Positions 1 through 9,142 of a stretch of DNA of 64,000 nt are shown here, piece after piece. The stretch is from Deltaproteobacteria bacterium RIFCSPLOWO2_12_FULL_60_19. Its GTDB lineage: Bacteria; Desulfobacterota; Binatia; UBA9968. The stretch is taken from the NCBI GenBank assembly GCA_001798595.1, contig MGSS01000014.1, positions 20,910 through 84,909 on the forward strand, read 5' to 3'. Position 1 is the stretch's first letter, and the number at the start of each line of letters is the position of its first letter. Under the pieces are notes generated by a model. It made no database searches and was not told the DNA's origin. It was given only the letters and a program-made list of their open reading frames with translations. The translations under genes and the position numbers were made by a program.

Positions 1-719
1 TCCTCCAGGTCGCGCGCCAGCGGAATCGGGTAACTCTCGCCGGCGATGCAGAGCCCCTTGAGGTTCGGCAAGTCGCGCTGCGGCACGAACCCCGTCTGTT
101 GGGCGAGAAGCGTGAGACGCAGCGCGTAGGCCGTGGTGAGAGTGAGAAAGTGGGGACGGAACCGCTTCATCAGTTGGAGCTTGGTTTCGCTGTCGACGCC
201 GAAGGTTTGAAACGGAACCAGCCCCATTTTGTTCATGCCGTGGAAGGAGGAGAGACCGGCGGCGAGGTTGGTTACCGGCTGGACCGAGAGGGCGATGTCG
301 CCTTTTGTGAGGCCGATCCAATGCCAGTGGTTCATCCAGGTGAGCCCCGCCCCCTCGACGTCTCTTCGCGTGAGGCCGTAAATCTCCCGGCCGACGCCGG
401 AAGTGCCCGAGGTGAGATGGATCTGGCTGAGCTTCTCCGGCGGGATGCCGAGGCGCTCGCCGTAAGGCGGCGTCTCGTCCTGGTCCTTGAGAAAGTCCTC
501 TTTCTGGACGAACGGAACCTTTTCGCTGAACTCTTGCAGGCTGCGGAGCTTTTCCGGCTCGAACTTGGCCGCTTCGAACAGCCGCCGGTAAAATCGGTTT
601 TTCTGATACAGATAGCCAAGCTGGTACCTGAGCTTGTCGAGCTGCAGGCCGAGTATCTCCTTGCGCGAGGCCCGTTCGAGCTTGGGGTTGAAGTACCGGA
701 GGGTGGTCGGCTCGATCAT
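1..719 (-). CDS. Adenylate-forming acyl-CoA ligase, phenylacetate-CoA ligase / coenzyme F390 synthetase-like (N-terminal part only; C-terminus lies beyond the window edge)
   Basis: My own reverse-strand translation from ATG 719-717 stays open to position 1 (checked codon by codon, no in-frame stop). It reads MIEPTTLRYFNPKLERASRKEILGLQLDKLRYQL...IHLTSGTSGVGREIYGLT... The N-terminal layout and the T-S-G-T-S-G loop resemble COG1541 ligases. It is absent from the ORF track because it runs off the edge. Confidence 0.6.
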   Translation of the reverse strand, partial: MIEPTTLRYFNPKLERASRKEILGLQLDKLRYQLGYLYQKNRFYRRLFEAAKFEPEKLRSLQEFSEKVPFVQKEDFLKDQDETPPYGERLGIPPEKLSQIHLTSGTSGVGREIYGLTRRDVEGAGLTWMNHWHWIGLTKGDIALSVQPVTNLAAGLSSFHGMNKMGLVPFQTFGVDSETKLQLMKRFRPHFLTLTTAYALRLTLLAQQTGFVPQRDLPNLKGLCIAGESYPIPLARDLE

Positions 720-721
720 GT

Positions 722-1507
722 TCAAATCCTCTGGAGTATCCCTTGCGTGTCGATCTCTTCCCGGATGAGTCTCAGCTCATTGTCGGTCGGCGGCTGCGTA
801 ACCCGAACGCTCTCGGCGCGGAGCAGCTCGAAGCCGGTGTTCTCGATGAGACTCGCTTGCGAAACGCCGGGATGGAGGCTTTGGAGTCTCATCCGCTTGC
901 TCGCGCCGTCGAAGTCCATTACCGCCAAATTGGTAACGACGAGGCTGGGGCCGTCGTCTTCCTTCAAGCCCGCGCGCGCCCGGCTTCCCGGCCCGTCGAG
1001 GTGGCCGACGCCGGAGATGAAATCGACCTTGTTCACGAAAACACGCGGGTTGTGCATCCGGGTGAAGATGAAAACCTTCTTGACCCGGCTGAGAAAAGGG
1101 AGACCGACGGAGCCGGGGCCGCGAAAGCGCGGCTTGGCGTAGTCGCCGACGCAGACGAGATTCAAATTGCCGTAGCGGTCGATCTGAATGCCACCGGCAA
1201 AAAAGAGGTCCACCTTTCCCGCCAATTCGTAGTCGTCCACTTCGTCGATCCCGATCACCGCCTCCGCCCCGCGTATGCCGCGGAAATCCGCCGTCGAAGG
1301 CGGCATGGGCTTCAGATGGGGATTGGCGGCGCCGATGCCGCCGAACAGCCAGGTGAAGTTGGGAGCGTGCGTCATCTGCGCCAGACGGCAGGCGATGGCC
1401 GCCTCGTAGGAGGCCGTGCCCACGACCGCCAGCCAGCCGTCCTCGATGTGGCGCGCCAACGTGACGGCGATCAGCTCAGGAATCGTGTAGGCTGCCGCTT
1501 TTTCCAT
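722..1507 (-). CDS. Family-I CoA-transferase, subunit B-like (glutaconate/3-oxoacid CoA-transferase beta)
   Basis: 261-aa ORF. Segments FFAGGIQIDRYGNLNL and VVTNLAVMDFD are typical of subunit B. It overlaps the upstream subunit A gene by 32 nt. Confidence 0.75.
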   Translation of the reverse strand: MEKAAAYTIPELIAVTLARHIEDGWLAVVGTASYEAAIACRLAQMTHAPNFTWLFGGIGAANPHLKPMPPSTADFRGIRGAEAVIGIDEVDDYELAGKVDLFFAGGIQIDRYGNLNLVCVGDYAKPRFRGPGSVGLPFLSRVKKVFIFTRMHNPRVFVNKVDFISGVGHLDGPGSRARAGLKEDDGPSLVVTNLAVMDFDGASKRMRLQSLHPGVSQASLIENTGFELLRAESVRVTQPPTDNELRLIREEIDTQGILQRI

Positions 1508-2399
1508 GGTCGATCCCTTGCGCGGGCAGGCCGCTTATTTTTCCCCGGCCGACCCTTTCGATGTACTGAGGGAAGTTCAGGCGCAGCACGAACTCTTCCA
1601 GATACCGGCGGAACCCTTCCTCGGTTGCGCTCTGCTTTAAATAGGCGCGCAGGTGCTCCTCGTCCCGCTCGTAGAGCGACGGGCTGCAGGTCGGATGGCA
1701 GCCGTAAGGGAGATGGACCACCGCGTCGACGATGAAGCCGGGGACGGATGTGAGTTGCGGCTCTTGCTGCGTGGCTTCGAGAGAGATCAGCTCGTCGCAA
1801 CTGACGATCACGCGCCGGCGCGCCGCCTTGGCCATCAGGCAATCGGTAAAACGGCTGCCGAGATGTCTCACGTTGCCGTAGGGGTCGCATTGGCCGGCGT
1901 GGATCACGGTCACGTCGGGATTGATCGCGGGCACGCAGAGGTGGCTCTTGCCGGTGCGCGGATCCTGGACGCGAAAATATTTGGGATTCAACCTTGCGCC
2001 GTCGAAGCCCTCCATTCCTTCCGCCAGCGGAAAAAACGGGCTGCCGGCGGCGCCGGCTTTAAGGCCGAAGACCACGTAGGCTTCGTCCGCGTCGAAAACT
2101 TCGATCTTCGCCGACTCCACGGCGCGGCGAAAGGCGGGCGCGAGGCCCAGATCTTCGAAGCCGATGTAAGAGCAGAGCACCTCGCGCGCGCAGCCCGCGC
2201 CGATCAGCAGGTCGGCTTGCAGGCCGGCGCCGGGCGAAAGAATCAAAGAGAGCTCTTTTTTCCCCTGGCGGACGATCTCGCGCGCCACTCCCATCGGCGC
2301 GCCGTAAAGTCCCAGACCGCCCAACGCGACGCTCGAGCCGGAGGCGATCAGCGCCACGGCCTGCTCGACGCTCAGAAGTTTCTCTTTTCGTTCAGCCAC
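1476..2399 (-). CDS. Family-I CoA-transferase, subunit A-like
   Basis: The track ORF 1476..2510 runs into the AT-rich repeat. I trimmed it to GTG at 2399, which is preceded by GGAG. The sequence VAERKEKLLSVEQAVALIASGSSVALGG...GAPMGVAREIVRQG is typical of alpha subunits. Confidence 0.75.
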   Translation of the reverse strand: MAERKEKLLSVEQAVALIASGSSVALGGLGLYGAPMGVAREIVRQGKKELSLILSPGAGLQADLLIGAGCAREVLCSYIGFEDLGLAPAFRRAVESAKIEVFDADEAYVVFGLKAGAAGSPFFPLAEGMEGFDGARLNPKYFRVQDPRTGKSHLCVPAINPDVTVIHAGQCDPYGNVRHLGSRFTDCLMAKAARRRVIVSCDELISLEATQQEPQLTSVPGFIVDAVVHLPYGCHPTCSPSLYERDEEHLRAYLKQSATEEGFRRYLEEFVLRLNFPQYIERVGRGKISGLPAQGIDHGKSGSLHDS

Positions 2400-2413
2400 G
2401 ATCAAGGAACTCC

Positions 2414-2525
2414 AATGCAAAATGCAAAATGAAAAATGAAAAATGAAAAATGAAAAAAAACAGGGAGGGCCGCGCTCTCTGTCCATTATTTTGACTTTTG
2501 CAATTTGCAATTTTCATTTTGCAAT
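2414..2525. repeat. AT-rich word-repeat palindrome, family 1 (TGCAAAATGAAAA type), copy a
   Basis: The left arm caatgcaaaatgcaaaatgaaaaatgaaaaatgaaaaatgaaaaaaaa is complementary to the right arm ttttgacttttgcaatttgcaattttcattttgcaatg. A GC-rich loop, cagggagggccgcgctctctgtcc, lies between them. Confidence 0.85.
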
Positions 2526-2539
2526 GTCTTCCCAGACGC

Positions 2540-3307
2540 TCAACAGGCGAGCTCGCCACCGTCCACCACCAGCACGTGGCCGGTGACGAAGCGCGCCGCC
2601 TCGGAGCAAAGAAAAACCAGCGCGCCTTTGATATCGTCGGGCTCGCCGAAGCGTCCCATCGGAATCGCGCCGAGCAGCTCCTCCCGCTTGTGCTCCACGA
2701 CCCAACTCGTCATTCTGGTCGGAAACCAGCCCGGAGCGATGGCGTTGACGTTGATTCGATATTTGGCCCACTTCACGGCCAGGTCTCGGGTGAGGGCGAT
2801 GAGCCCGCCTTTGCTCGCGCTGTATGAGACCGCGTCGATTTCCCTTGAGCCGGCAAGGCCGGCGATCGACACGACGTTGACGATTTTTCCTCCGCCTTGC
2901 CGGATCATCGCTTTGCCGGCTTGCTGGGCGAATAGAAACGCGCCGGTGAGATTCACTTCGATCACCTTGCGCCAGTCTTCCAGCGAGAGCTCCTCCGCCT
3001 TCGCGCCCCAGGTCTGGCCCGCGTTGTTGATGAGAATGTCAATGCGGCCGCTGATCTTTTTTGCTTCATCGACCACCCCTTCCACCTCGGCGGCGGAAGT
3101 AACGTCGCAGCGCCTGGCGTAAGTCTTCACGCCCAACCGCTCGATTTCCGCGGCCACCTGTTCGCACGCTTCCAGCTTGCGCGAGCAGAGCAACAGCGAA
3201 GCTCCGGCTTCAGCCAAGCCTCGCGCCATCTCTTCTCCCAGCCCGCGCGAGGCGCCGGTGACGACGGCGAACTTTCCCTTCAAGGAAAAAAGCTCCGGGA
3301 CGTTCAT
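2540..3307 (-). CDS. Short-chain dehydrogenase/reductase (SDR)
   Basis: 255 aa. It has the TGASRGLG cofactor motif, NNAG, and a YSASK catalytic Tyr-x3-Lys. A 4-nt overlap links it to the downstream gene. Confidence 0.85.
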   Translation of the reverse strand: MNVPELFSLKGKFAVVTGASRGLGEEMARGLAEAGASLLLCSRKLEACEQVAAEIERLGVKTYARRCDVTSAAEVEGVVDEAKKISGRIDILINNAGQTWGAKAEELSLEDWRKVIEVNLTGAFLFAQQAGKAMIRQGGGKIVNVVSIAGLAGSREIDAVSYSASKGGLIALTRDLAVKWAKYRINVNAIAPGWFPTRMTSWVVEHKREELLGAIPMGRFGEPDDIKGALVFLCSEAARFVTGHVLVVDGGELAC

Positions 3308-4176
3308 AGAGCTGGCTTTTTCTCTTTGCCCGAATAGTCGTAAAAGCCTCTGCCGGTTTTTCTTCCCAGATGGCCCGCCACGACCATCTGCCGCAGCAGG
3401 GGGCAGGGAAAATATTTCGGGTCGCCGTGGCCTTCGTAGAGAATCTCCAGGACGTTGACGATGGTGTCGATGCCCACCAGGTCGGCGAGCTCAAGCGGCC
3501 CCATCGGGTGGTTGAGCCCCAGGCGGTTCGCTTTGTCGATATCCTCGACGCTCCCGAGTCCCTGGTAGAGCGCGTAAACCCCCTCGTTGATCACCGGCAT
3601 ACCGATCCGGGTCGAAAGAAATCCCGGATAGTCCTTCGCCAGAATGGTTTCCTTGCCCATCGCTTGCGCAAGCTGCCGGATCGTCTCCACGGTTTCCTGC
3701 GAGGTGAGGTAGCCCTTGACGATCTCCACGAGCCGCATCACCGGCGCCGGGTTGAAGAAGTGCATGCCGACGACCTTTTCGGGCCGCTGCGTCGCGGATG
3801 CGATCTTGGTGATGGAGATGGAGGAGGTGTTGGAGGCGAAGATGGTGTGAGGAGGGCAGATCCCATCCAGCTTTTTAAAAGTGTCCTTTTTAATCTGCTC
3901 TTTCTCGACGACCGCCTCGATCACCGCGTCGGCGCTTGCGCCGGCGGAAAGATCGAGCGCCGGACGAATCCGCTCCAGGACCGCTCCCACCGTTTCTTGC
4001 AGCTTGCCTTTCTCTTGGGCTCGTTCGAGCTGTTTGGCGATGTTCTCCCGGCCCGCGGCGATGATCTTTTCCGATACGTCGCTCAACAAAACCTGAAAAC
4101 CGGCTTGGGCGGCGACCTGGGCGATGCCCGATCCCATTTGGCCCGCGCCGACGACGAAAATAGTTTTTACTTCCAT
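3304..4176 (-). CDS. 3-hydroxyacyl-CoA (3-hydroxybutyryl-CoA) dehydrogenase, NAD-binding
   Basis: MEVKTIFVVGAGQMGSGIAQVAAQAG Rossmann start. The length and C-terminal domain match the Hbd/PaaH type. I chose the start at the second Met (4176) because GGAGGGGG sits 5 nt upstream. The track ORF extends to 4194. Confidence 0.85.
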   Translation of the reverse strand: MEVKTIFVVGAGQMGSGIAQVAAQAGFQVLLSDVSEKIIAAGRENIAKQLERAQEKGKLQETVGAVLERIRPALDLSAGASADAVIEAVVEKEQIKKDTFKKLDGICPPHTIFASNTSSISITKIASATQRPEKVVGMHFFNPAPVMRLVEIVKGYLTSQETVETIRQLAQAMGKETILAKDYPGFLSTRIGMPVINEGVYALYQGLGSVEDIDKANRLGLNHPMGPLELADLVGIDTIVNVLEILYEGHGDPKYFPCPLLRQMVVAGHLGRKTGRGFYDYSGKEKKPAL

Positions 4177-4198
4177 TGCCCCCTCCAAAGTCATGAGT

Positions 4199-4272
4199 CA
4201 ATGCAAAGTGAAAAGTGCAAAGTGAAAAATGCAAAATTTTACACTTTGCACTTTGCAATTTTCATTTTGCAT
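4199..4272. repeat. AT-rich word-repeat palindrome, family 1, copy b
   Basis: caatgcaaagtgaaaagtgcaaagtgaaaaatgcaaaattttacactttgcactttgcaattttcattttgcattcg. The two arms are nearly perfectly complementary and the loop is small. Confidence 0.85.
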
Positions 4273-4281
4273 TCGTCACCG

Positions 4282-5421
4282 TCAGTCTTTCGGAAAAAGC
4301 ACCTCACGGCCGATGACCAGCCGCTGGATCTGATTGGTTCCCTCCACGATCTGCGTCACCTTGGCGTCGCGAAACATCCGCTCGAGGGGAAAGTCTTTGA
4401 GATAGCCGTAGCCGCCCAACACTTGCAGCGCGTTGGTGGCGACGGTCATGGCCGAGTCCGTCGCCAGGAGCTTGGCCATCGAAGAGAGCCGGTTCGCGTC
4501 CGGACTCTGTCGATCCGTTGCGTCGCACGCGTGGTAGAGCAGCTGCCGGCTCGCTTCCACCGCCGTGGCCATGTCGGCGAACATGAATTGCATCCCCTGG
4601 AACTCCGCGATCGCTTTGCCGAACTGTTTTCTTTCGCGCGCGTAGCGGGCGGCCACGTCGATGGCGCCCTGGGCCAAGCCGACGGCCATCGCGGCCACGC
4701 CGACCCTTCCTCTTTCGAGACACTTCATGGCGATCTTGAAACCGCTGTTCAGCTCGCCGAGGAGGCTCTCTTTGGGCACGCGGCAATCGTCGAACAGCAG
4801 TTGGGCCGTCGGCGAGCCGCTCATGCCGAGCTTTTTTTCCAGCCGGCCCACCGAGAGGCCGGGAGTCCCTTTTTCCACAAGAATGGCGCTGATGCCCTTG
4901 CGGCCGGCGGCCGGATCGGTTTTGCAGAGGACCGTGATCACGTCCGCCATGTGGCCCCAGGTGATAAACTGTTTCGAGCCGTTGATGACGTAGGTGTTGT
5001 CCCTAAGCTCCGCCCGGGTCTCTATGGACGAGACATCCGAGCCGGCGTTAGGCTCGGTCAACGCAAACGCCGCCAGCTTGTCGCCGCGCGCCAACGGGGG
5101 AAGATACTTTTGTTTTTGGGCCGGGCTGCCGCCGAGCAAAATGGGAGATGCCGCGAAATCCTGTTGGCTCAAAATGTTAGCGGAGTTGGCGCACTTGCGC
5201 GCGACCTCTTCCAGAATGCGGCAGAAAACCAGCGACCGAAGACCACCGCCGCCGTAATCTCCCGGCAGGTGGCAGCCGATCAGCCCGAGCTCTTTGAAGA
5301 GGCGGAACGATTCTTCGGGAAAGCGCTCCTCCCGGTCGACGGCCGCGGCGTTGGGCTCAATCTTCTCGCTTGCCACGCGCCGCACCAGATCGACGATGGC
5401 TTGCTCCTCGGATGTCAACAT
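4282..5421 (-). CDS. Acyl-CoA dehydrogenase (FAD)
   Basis: 379 aa. It shows typical ACAD architecture, including ALTEPNAGSD and the C-terminal QIVEGTNQIQRLVIGR motif. Confidence 0.9.
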   Translation of the reverse strand: MLTSEEQAIVDLVRRVASEKIEPNAAAVDREERFPEESFRLFKELGLIGCHLPGDYGGGGLRSLVFCRILEEVARKCANSANILSQQDFAASPILLGGSPAQKQKYLPPLARGDKLAAFALTEPNAGSDVSSIETRAELRDNTYVINGSKQFITWGHMADVITVLCKTDPAAGRKGISAILVEKGTPGLSVGRLEKKLGMSGSPTAQLLFDDCRVPKESLLGELNSGFKIAMKCLERGRVGVAAMAVGLAQGAIDVAARYARERKQFGKAIAEFQGMQFMFADMATAVEASRQLLYHACDATDRQSPDANRLSSMAKLLATDSAMTVATNALQVLGGYGYLKDFPLERMFRDAKVTQIVEGTNQIQRLVIGREVLFPKD

Positions 5422-5457
5422 CTCACCAGTCCTTTAAAAAAGACTCATCTGCGGCAA

Positions 5458-5609
5458 GCCCGCCTGGAAATCTCTCTCCGGGTCGCTGCAAGCCCTTCGG
5501 GATCTCAGATTTCAAAACCCAAATTTCAGATTCAATTTGAGATCTGAGATTTGAGATTCCTCGCAAAGCGAGGATATGTCGGCCCTCCGAGAGATCCCCA
5601 GGCAGGCGG
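5458..5609. repeat. Nested palindromic element, family 2, copy a
   Basis: The outer arms are gcccgcctggaaatctctctccggg and ccctccgagagatccccaggcaggcgg. The inner hairpin is atctcagatttcaaa...tttgagatctgagatttgagat. It is about 96% identical to the copy at 7811-7964. Confidence 0.85.
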
Positions 5610-5615
5610 TTGTGA

Positions 5616-6458
5616 TCACAACCTGCTCGAAAACATCTCCCTTTCCCTTGCCGCGAGCTGATCGAGAAATGCGGCCGCTTCCGGCCGGGGCATCCGGTCC
5701 AGAAATCTCAATCCGAGCGGATCGATCCGGTCGCGGATCAACGCAATTTCCGTTTGGGTGGGCGCGTCGGTCTGAGGGACGGTAGAGGGAAGGAGCAGAT
5801 CGAAGCCGGTGTTCTCTTTGACCTGATCGAGCGTGACGCCGGCGTTGAGCGACTGAAGGCGCATTCTTCCCGACTGCTCGTCGAAGTCGAAAACTCCAAG
5901 GTTGCTGATGACCACTCCGGGCCTTCCCGACTTCACTTCTCCGCTCTCTCGCGCCGGGCCGAATCCTACGGCGCAGACAAAGTCCACCCGCGGCACAAAC
6001 GTCCGCTTCGAATGGTCGATCACGTGGTAGTTCATGGAGCTTAAATGGACGGAATCGTCGGGCAAGCCGCGCGCGCCGACGAGGGCCGCTTTGGGGCGCG
6101 CCCAGGGGCCGATGGCGGATATGTTGGCGTTGCCGTTCTGGTCGATCTGCGCGGGTCCGATCCAGACGAAAAACTTTTCCCGAAAAACCATGAGAAATAG
6201 CTCTCCCCAGCTCACGCGCGCCTTGGCGCTCTGTTTGCCCAGGAATTCGGTGTGAAACAGCGTCAGCGGGGCGCGGCTGTCGAAGTGATGAAGCCCGCCG
6301 CTCATGTCTATGAGATCCGGATTGTGCAGCAGCTGCGCCAGTTTCACGGCGGCCATCGAGCAGAAGGTGGCGGCGCCGCCCACAATTTCGCCCTTCAGCT
6401 CCCTGGCCATGCGGGAGATCAGCAGGTCTTCCAAGCTATACCGGCGTTCTTCGCTCAT
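5616..6458 (-). CDS. CoA-transferase subunit B-like protein (stand-alone)
   Basis: 280 aa. IGPAQIDQNGNANIS and VISNLGVFDFDE parallel the motifs of the 722..1507 paralog. Confidence 0.65.
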   Translation of the reverse strand: MSEERRYSLEDLLISRMARELKGEIVGGAATFCSMAAVKLAQLLHNPDLIDMSGGLHHFDSRAPLTLFHTEFLGKQSAKARVSWGELFLMVFREKFFVWIGPAQIDQNGNANISAIGPWARPKAALVGARGLPDDSVHLSSMNYHVIDHSKRTFVPRVDFVCAVGFGPARESGEVKSGRPGVVISNLGVFDFDEQSGRMRLQSLNAGVTLDQVKENTGFDLLLPSTVPQTDAPTQTEIALIRDRIDPLGLRFLDRMPRPEAAAFLDQLAAREREMFSSRL

Positions 6459-6469
6459 CAGTTGAACCT

Positions 6470-7765
6470 CTAGGCTTCGGTGATCGCCTGCGCCTTGCCG
6501 GCGATATATTTTTTATGTTCGAGCACTTCAAAAAAGGCATCCACGCGGTTTTTCATCTGCGCCTCGGAGAAATAACGCGGGTCCTCCAGGTCGGATTCGA
6601 GCATCAGCGTCGGGATGCCGAGGTTCTTGGAAAAATATTCCCGCATGTCGCCGTGACCGACCGAGAAGAGCCGGCAGCTTTTCACCGAGTGAATGATCAG
6701 CGCGTCCGCCGAGCGCTCCGTGACGTAGCGCCGCAACAGATCGTATCTCTGGTCGAGGCCGCGGTTGGTGAAGATGCGGATCGGGTACTCCGCCAGGCTC
6801 TCGAGCGGCCGCTCGGGATCGTGGAGAAAATCCGGCGGCTGAGGCGTCGTGTAGGTGGCGCCCACGGCGCAGGCGCCCCATTTGCTGAAAAGATCGCGAA
6901 AGGTGCGGAAGTAGGGATAAGGTGGGGCCGATTCCACGACGATGCGAAATTTTTCCTCGGGAAGAGGACCGATCTTAAGCCGCACCCGCTCCTCGAATTC
7001 TTTCTTGGCGGTCTGGAAAAACTCGACCCCCTCGCGAGTGCCGCGAAACGCGACCATCGGCCCCATCAGCGTGATGCAGTCGAAGTAGTCGTCGTAGGGA
7101 GAGGGGATGTTTTTAGTCAGTTCTTTGATCTCGAGCCAGAGCCGCTCCACTTCGCGCGCGTAGGCGAGCCGCTCGCGCAGCTCATCGTAGTCCAATTTTC
7201 TGCCGGTCATCTTCTCGCAGATCCCGATCACCTCTTTGAGCTGGCTTACCACGTAGTCGATGTCCTCCGGGCAGGGATCGTTGCCGCTGCGGATAAAGGG
7301 GACATCGATGACGTAGAGCGGAGCGCCGGTATAGGCGGCGATGTGCTCGAACCACTTGATGTAGACGTTGCAGCCCGAAAAGCAGCTGAGCACCAGCGTC
7401 GGCTGGGGGAGCTTGGTTCCGAGAGAGCTGACGTTGCCGGCGAAGAAGGCCCCGACGTCGGCCTTCACGTAGCTGCAGACGTCGGTGGAATAACCCCGCT
7501 CTTCCGCGATCTGAATGTACGGGAGAGACTGCTTGCGAATGGCGAGCTGCAGCGCGTTCAGCTCGGGATAGACCTGATGAATGCCGAGGCAGCGGAGCAG
7601 CATGGAGAGATTGCTTCCCGCCACCAGCAGGCAGGCCGTGGGCTCATGGTTCTCCGCCGCCTGCTCCAGCTCCGCCATCCAGCGGGCCATGAGCGCCTTT
7701 TGCATCTGGTGAATTTTACCCTGGTACTGAGAGTGGACTTTTTTCTCGGTCGATTGTGTATCCAT
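6470..7765 (-). CDS. 2-hydroxyacyl-CoA dehydratase / benzoyl-CoA reductase subunit B-type (HgdA/BcrB family)
   Basis: 431 aa. Its Cys-containing segments (VCSYVKAD, LSCFSGCNVYIKW, HSVKSCRLFS) are typical of the BcrB/BadE/HgdA/HgdB family. Confidence 0.7.
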   Translation of the reverse strand: MDTQSTEKKVHSQYQGKIHQMQKALMARWMAELEQAAENHEPTACLLVAGSNLSMLLRCLGIHQVYPELNALQLAIRKQSLPYIQIAEERGYSTDVCSYVKADVGAFFAGNVSSLGTKLPQPTLVLSCFSGCNVYIKWFEHIAAYTGAPLYVIDVPFIRSGNDPCPEDIDYVVSQLKEVIGICEKMTGRKLDYDELRERLAYAREVERLWLEIKELTKNIPSPYDDYFDCITLMGPMVAFRGTREGVEFFQTAKKEFEERVRLKIGPLPEEKFRIVVESAPPYPYFRTFRDLFSKWGACAVGATYTTPQPPDFLHDPERPLESLAEYPIRIFTNRGLDQRYDLLRRYVTERSADALIIHSVKSCRLFSVGHGDMREYFSKNLGIPTLMLESDLEDPRYFSEAQMKNRVDAFFEVLEHKKYIAGKAQAITEA

Positions 7766-7810
7766 AAGAGGCGTCTCTCTAATACGCTGTTGAAAAAGAG
7801 GCGATTTGCC

Positions 7811-7964
7811 GTCCGCCTGCCTGCGAATCTCTCTCCGGGTCGATACAAGCCCTTCGGGATCTCAGATTTCAAATCCCAAATTTCAGATTCAATTTGAGAT
7901 CTGAGATTTGAGATTCCTCGCAAAGCGAGGATATGTCGCCCCTCCGAGAGACCCCCAGGGAGGC
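7811..7964. repeat. Nested palindromic element, family 2, copy b
   Basis: Direct-orientation copy of 5458-5609, with 5 mismatches over about 135 nt of core. Confidence 0.85.
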
Positions 7965-7987
7965 AACATATCTTGCTTAACCCTCCG

Positions 7988-9142
7988 TTAATCGAACAGG
8001 ATCGATTCCGCGAAGGTTTCGATCTCGGTCCTGAGTTTATCGAAGGTCCACATCTTTTCCTCGAACTCCAACATGACGTGCGGGATGCCTTCTCTCTCCA
8101 AGGCGTCCTTGAACAGGGGATAGTCCAGCAGCGCCGGCTCGCAGAACTTGGCGATGCAGAAAACCACGGCGGTCGCCTGAGCTTGCCTGGCCCGCTCCAC
8201 CAACCGTTCGGACCGCGGCCTGCGCCAGTCGTGGCTGACGGAGGAATATCGCGATCGGTCGATGTAACTTTCCGCCAGGGCGCGGATCGGGTCGCCGTCG
8301 AGCGGGACTTCCCGCTCGAACCAGCGCCTTCCCAGCAGCAGGTCATCGTCGATGATGTAGCAGCCCGCCTCGTCCAGGGCCTCCAGCAGCTCGACGGGCG
8401 GCTGCTCGCAGAACGAGCCTTCGAGGATGACGCGGATCTTGTCCCGTGGCCTGACGCGTCGCTTCGGGATCTCTTCCAGCGCCGTTCGCAGCATCGACGA
8501 ATGTTCCTCGGGCGGGAGCGCGCTGCCCACTCGGATCAGCTGGTACGCCTCCGCCGTCGAGAGCAGATGAGGAGATTCGGCCTTGATCTTGTAGAGGCGC
8601 TGGATCAAGGCCCGGTTTTCGTTGTAGGCGTGGATGCTCTGCTTGAAACTCTCCTCGCTCATGCGCCGGCCGTTGGCCTCTTCGAGCACGTGGCGGATGC
8701 GCTTCAACTCGCTGATCAAATAATCGACCGCCGACGGAGAGCTCGGGTTCTGCGGAAAGTGGATGTATTCGATGAACCGGTCGGAGGAAAAATTGCGCTT
8801 GAAGACGTAGCAGAGATTTCTCGCCGCGTCGCAGATCGAGTGGAAGAAGATCCCGTCGAGCAACTGAAGCTCCCCCCGAAGGGCCAACTCCGTGGTGCTT
8901 TTGACGATCGAGCAGACGAAGGAACCGAAGTACGAGTCGGCGCGCTCGATCTCGGTTTTGTTGCCGCCGCCCATGAGGCCGACGGGCAGCATGCCGTTGC
9001 CGTAGATCAACTCCAGCGGGCTGTACACCGGGAAGTAGCCCGCGGCCTTTCCCCCGGTCTTTTCCTTCCACCGCTGAATTTCCTGCCAAGGATGCTCTTC
9101 AAGAATCTCCCGGCACTGGGCAACGAGACCGTCAAAATCCAT
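7988..9142 (-). CDS. 2-hydroxyacyl-CoA dehydratase / benzoyl-CoA reductase subunit C-type (HgdB/BcrC family)
   Basis: 384 aa. GYFPVYSPLELIYGNGMLPVGL, SFVCSIVK, SICDAARN and IAKFCEPALLDYP are typical of this family. Confidence 0.7.
   Translation of the reverse strand: MDFDGLVAQCREILEEHPWQEIQRWKEKTGGKAAGYFPVYSPLELIYGNGMLPVGLMGGGNKTEIERADSYFGSFVCSIVKSTTELALRGELQLLDGIFFHSICDAARNLCYVFKRNFSSDRFIEYIHFPQNPSSPSAVDYLISELKRIRHVLEEANGRRMSEESFKQSIHAYNENRALIQRLYKIKAESPHLLSTAEAYQLIRVGSALPPEEHSSMLRTALEEIPKRRVRPRDKIRVILEGSFCEQPPVELLEALDEAGCYIIDDDLLLGRRWFEREVPLDGDPIRALAESYIDRSRYSSVSHDWRRPRSERLVERARQAQATAVVFCIAKFCEPALLDYPLFKDALEREGIPHVMLEFEEKMWTFDKLRTEIETFAESILFD

Noticed and set aside
3370-5547. 725-aa plus-strand ORF, and similar very long ORFs (6515..7897 +, 14056..15063 as the N-terminal extension of the permease ORF, 19594..20841 -, 20957..22054 -, 30290..32482 -, 37697..39280 -, 42968..44896 -, 35068..36288 -)
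   Set aside because: Each is antisense to, or out of frame with, a gene that has clear family motifs. Their translations are Arg/Gly/Asp/His-rich low-complexity sequence, typical of open non-coding frames in GC-rich DNA. None shows a recognisable domain.
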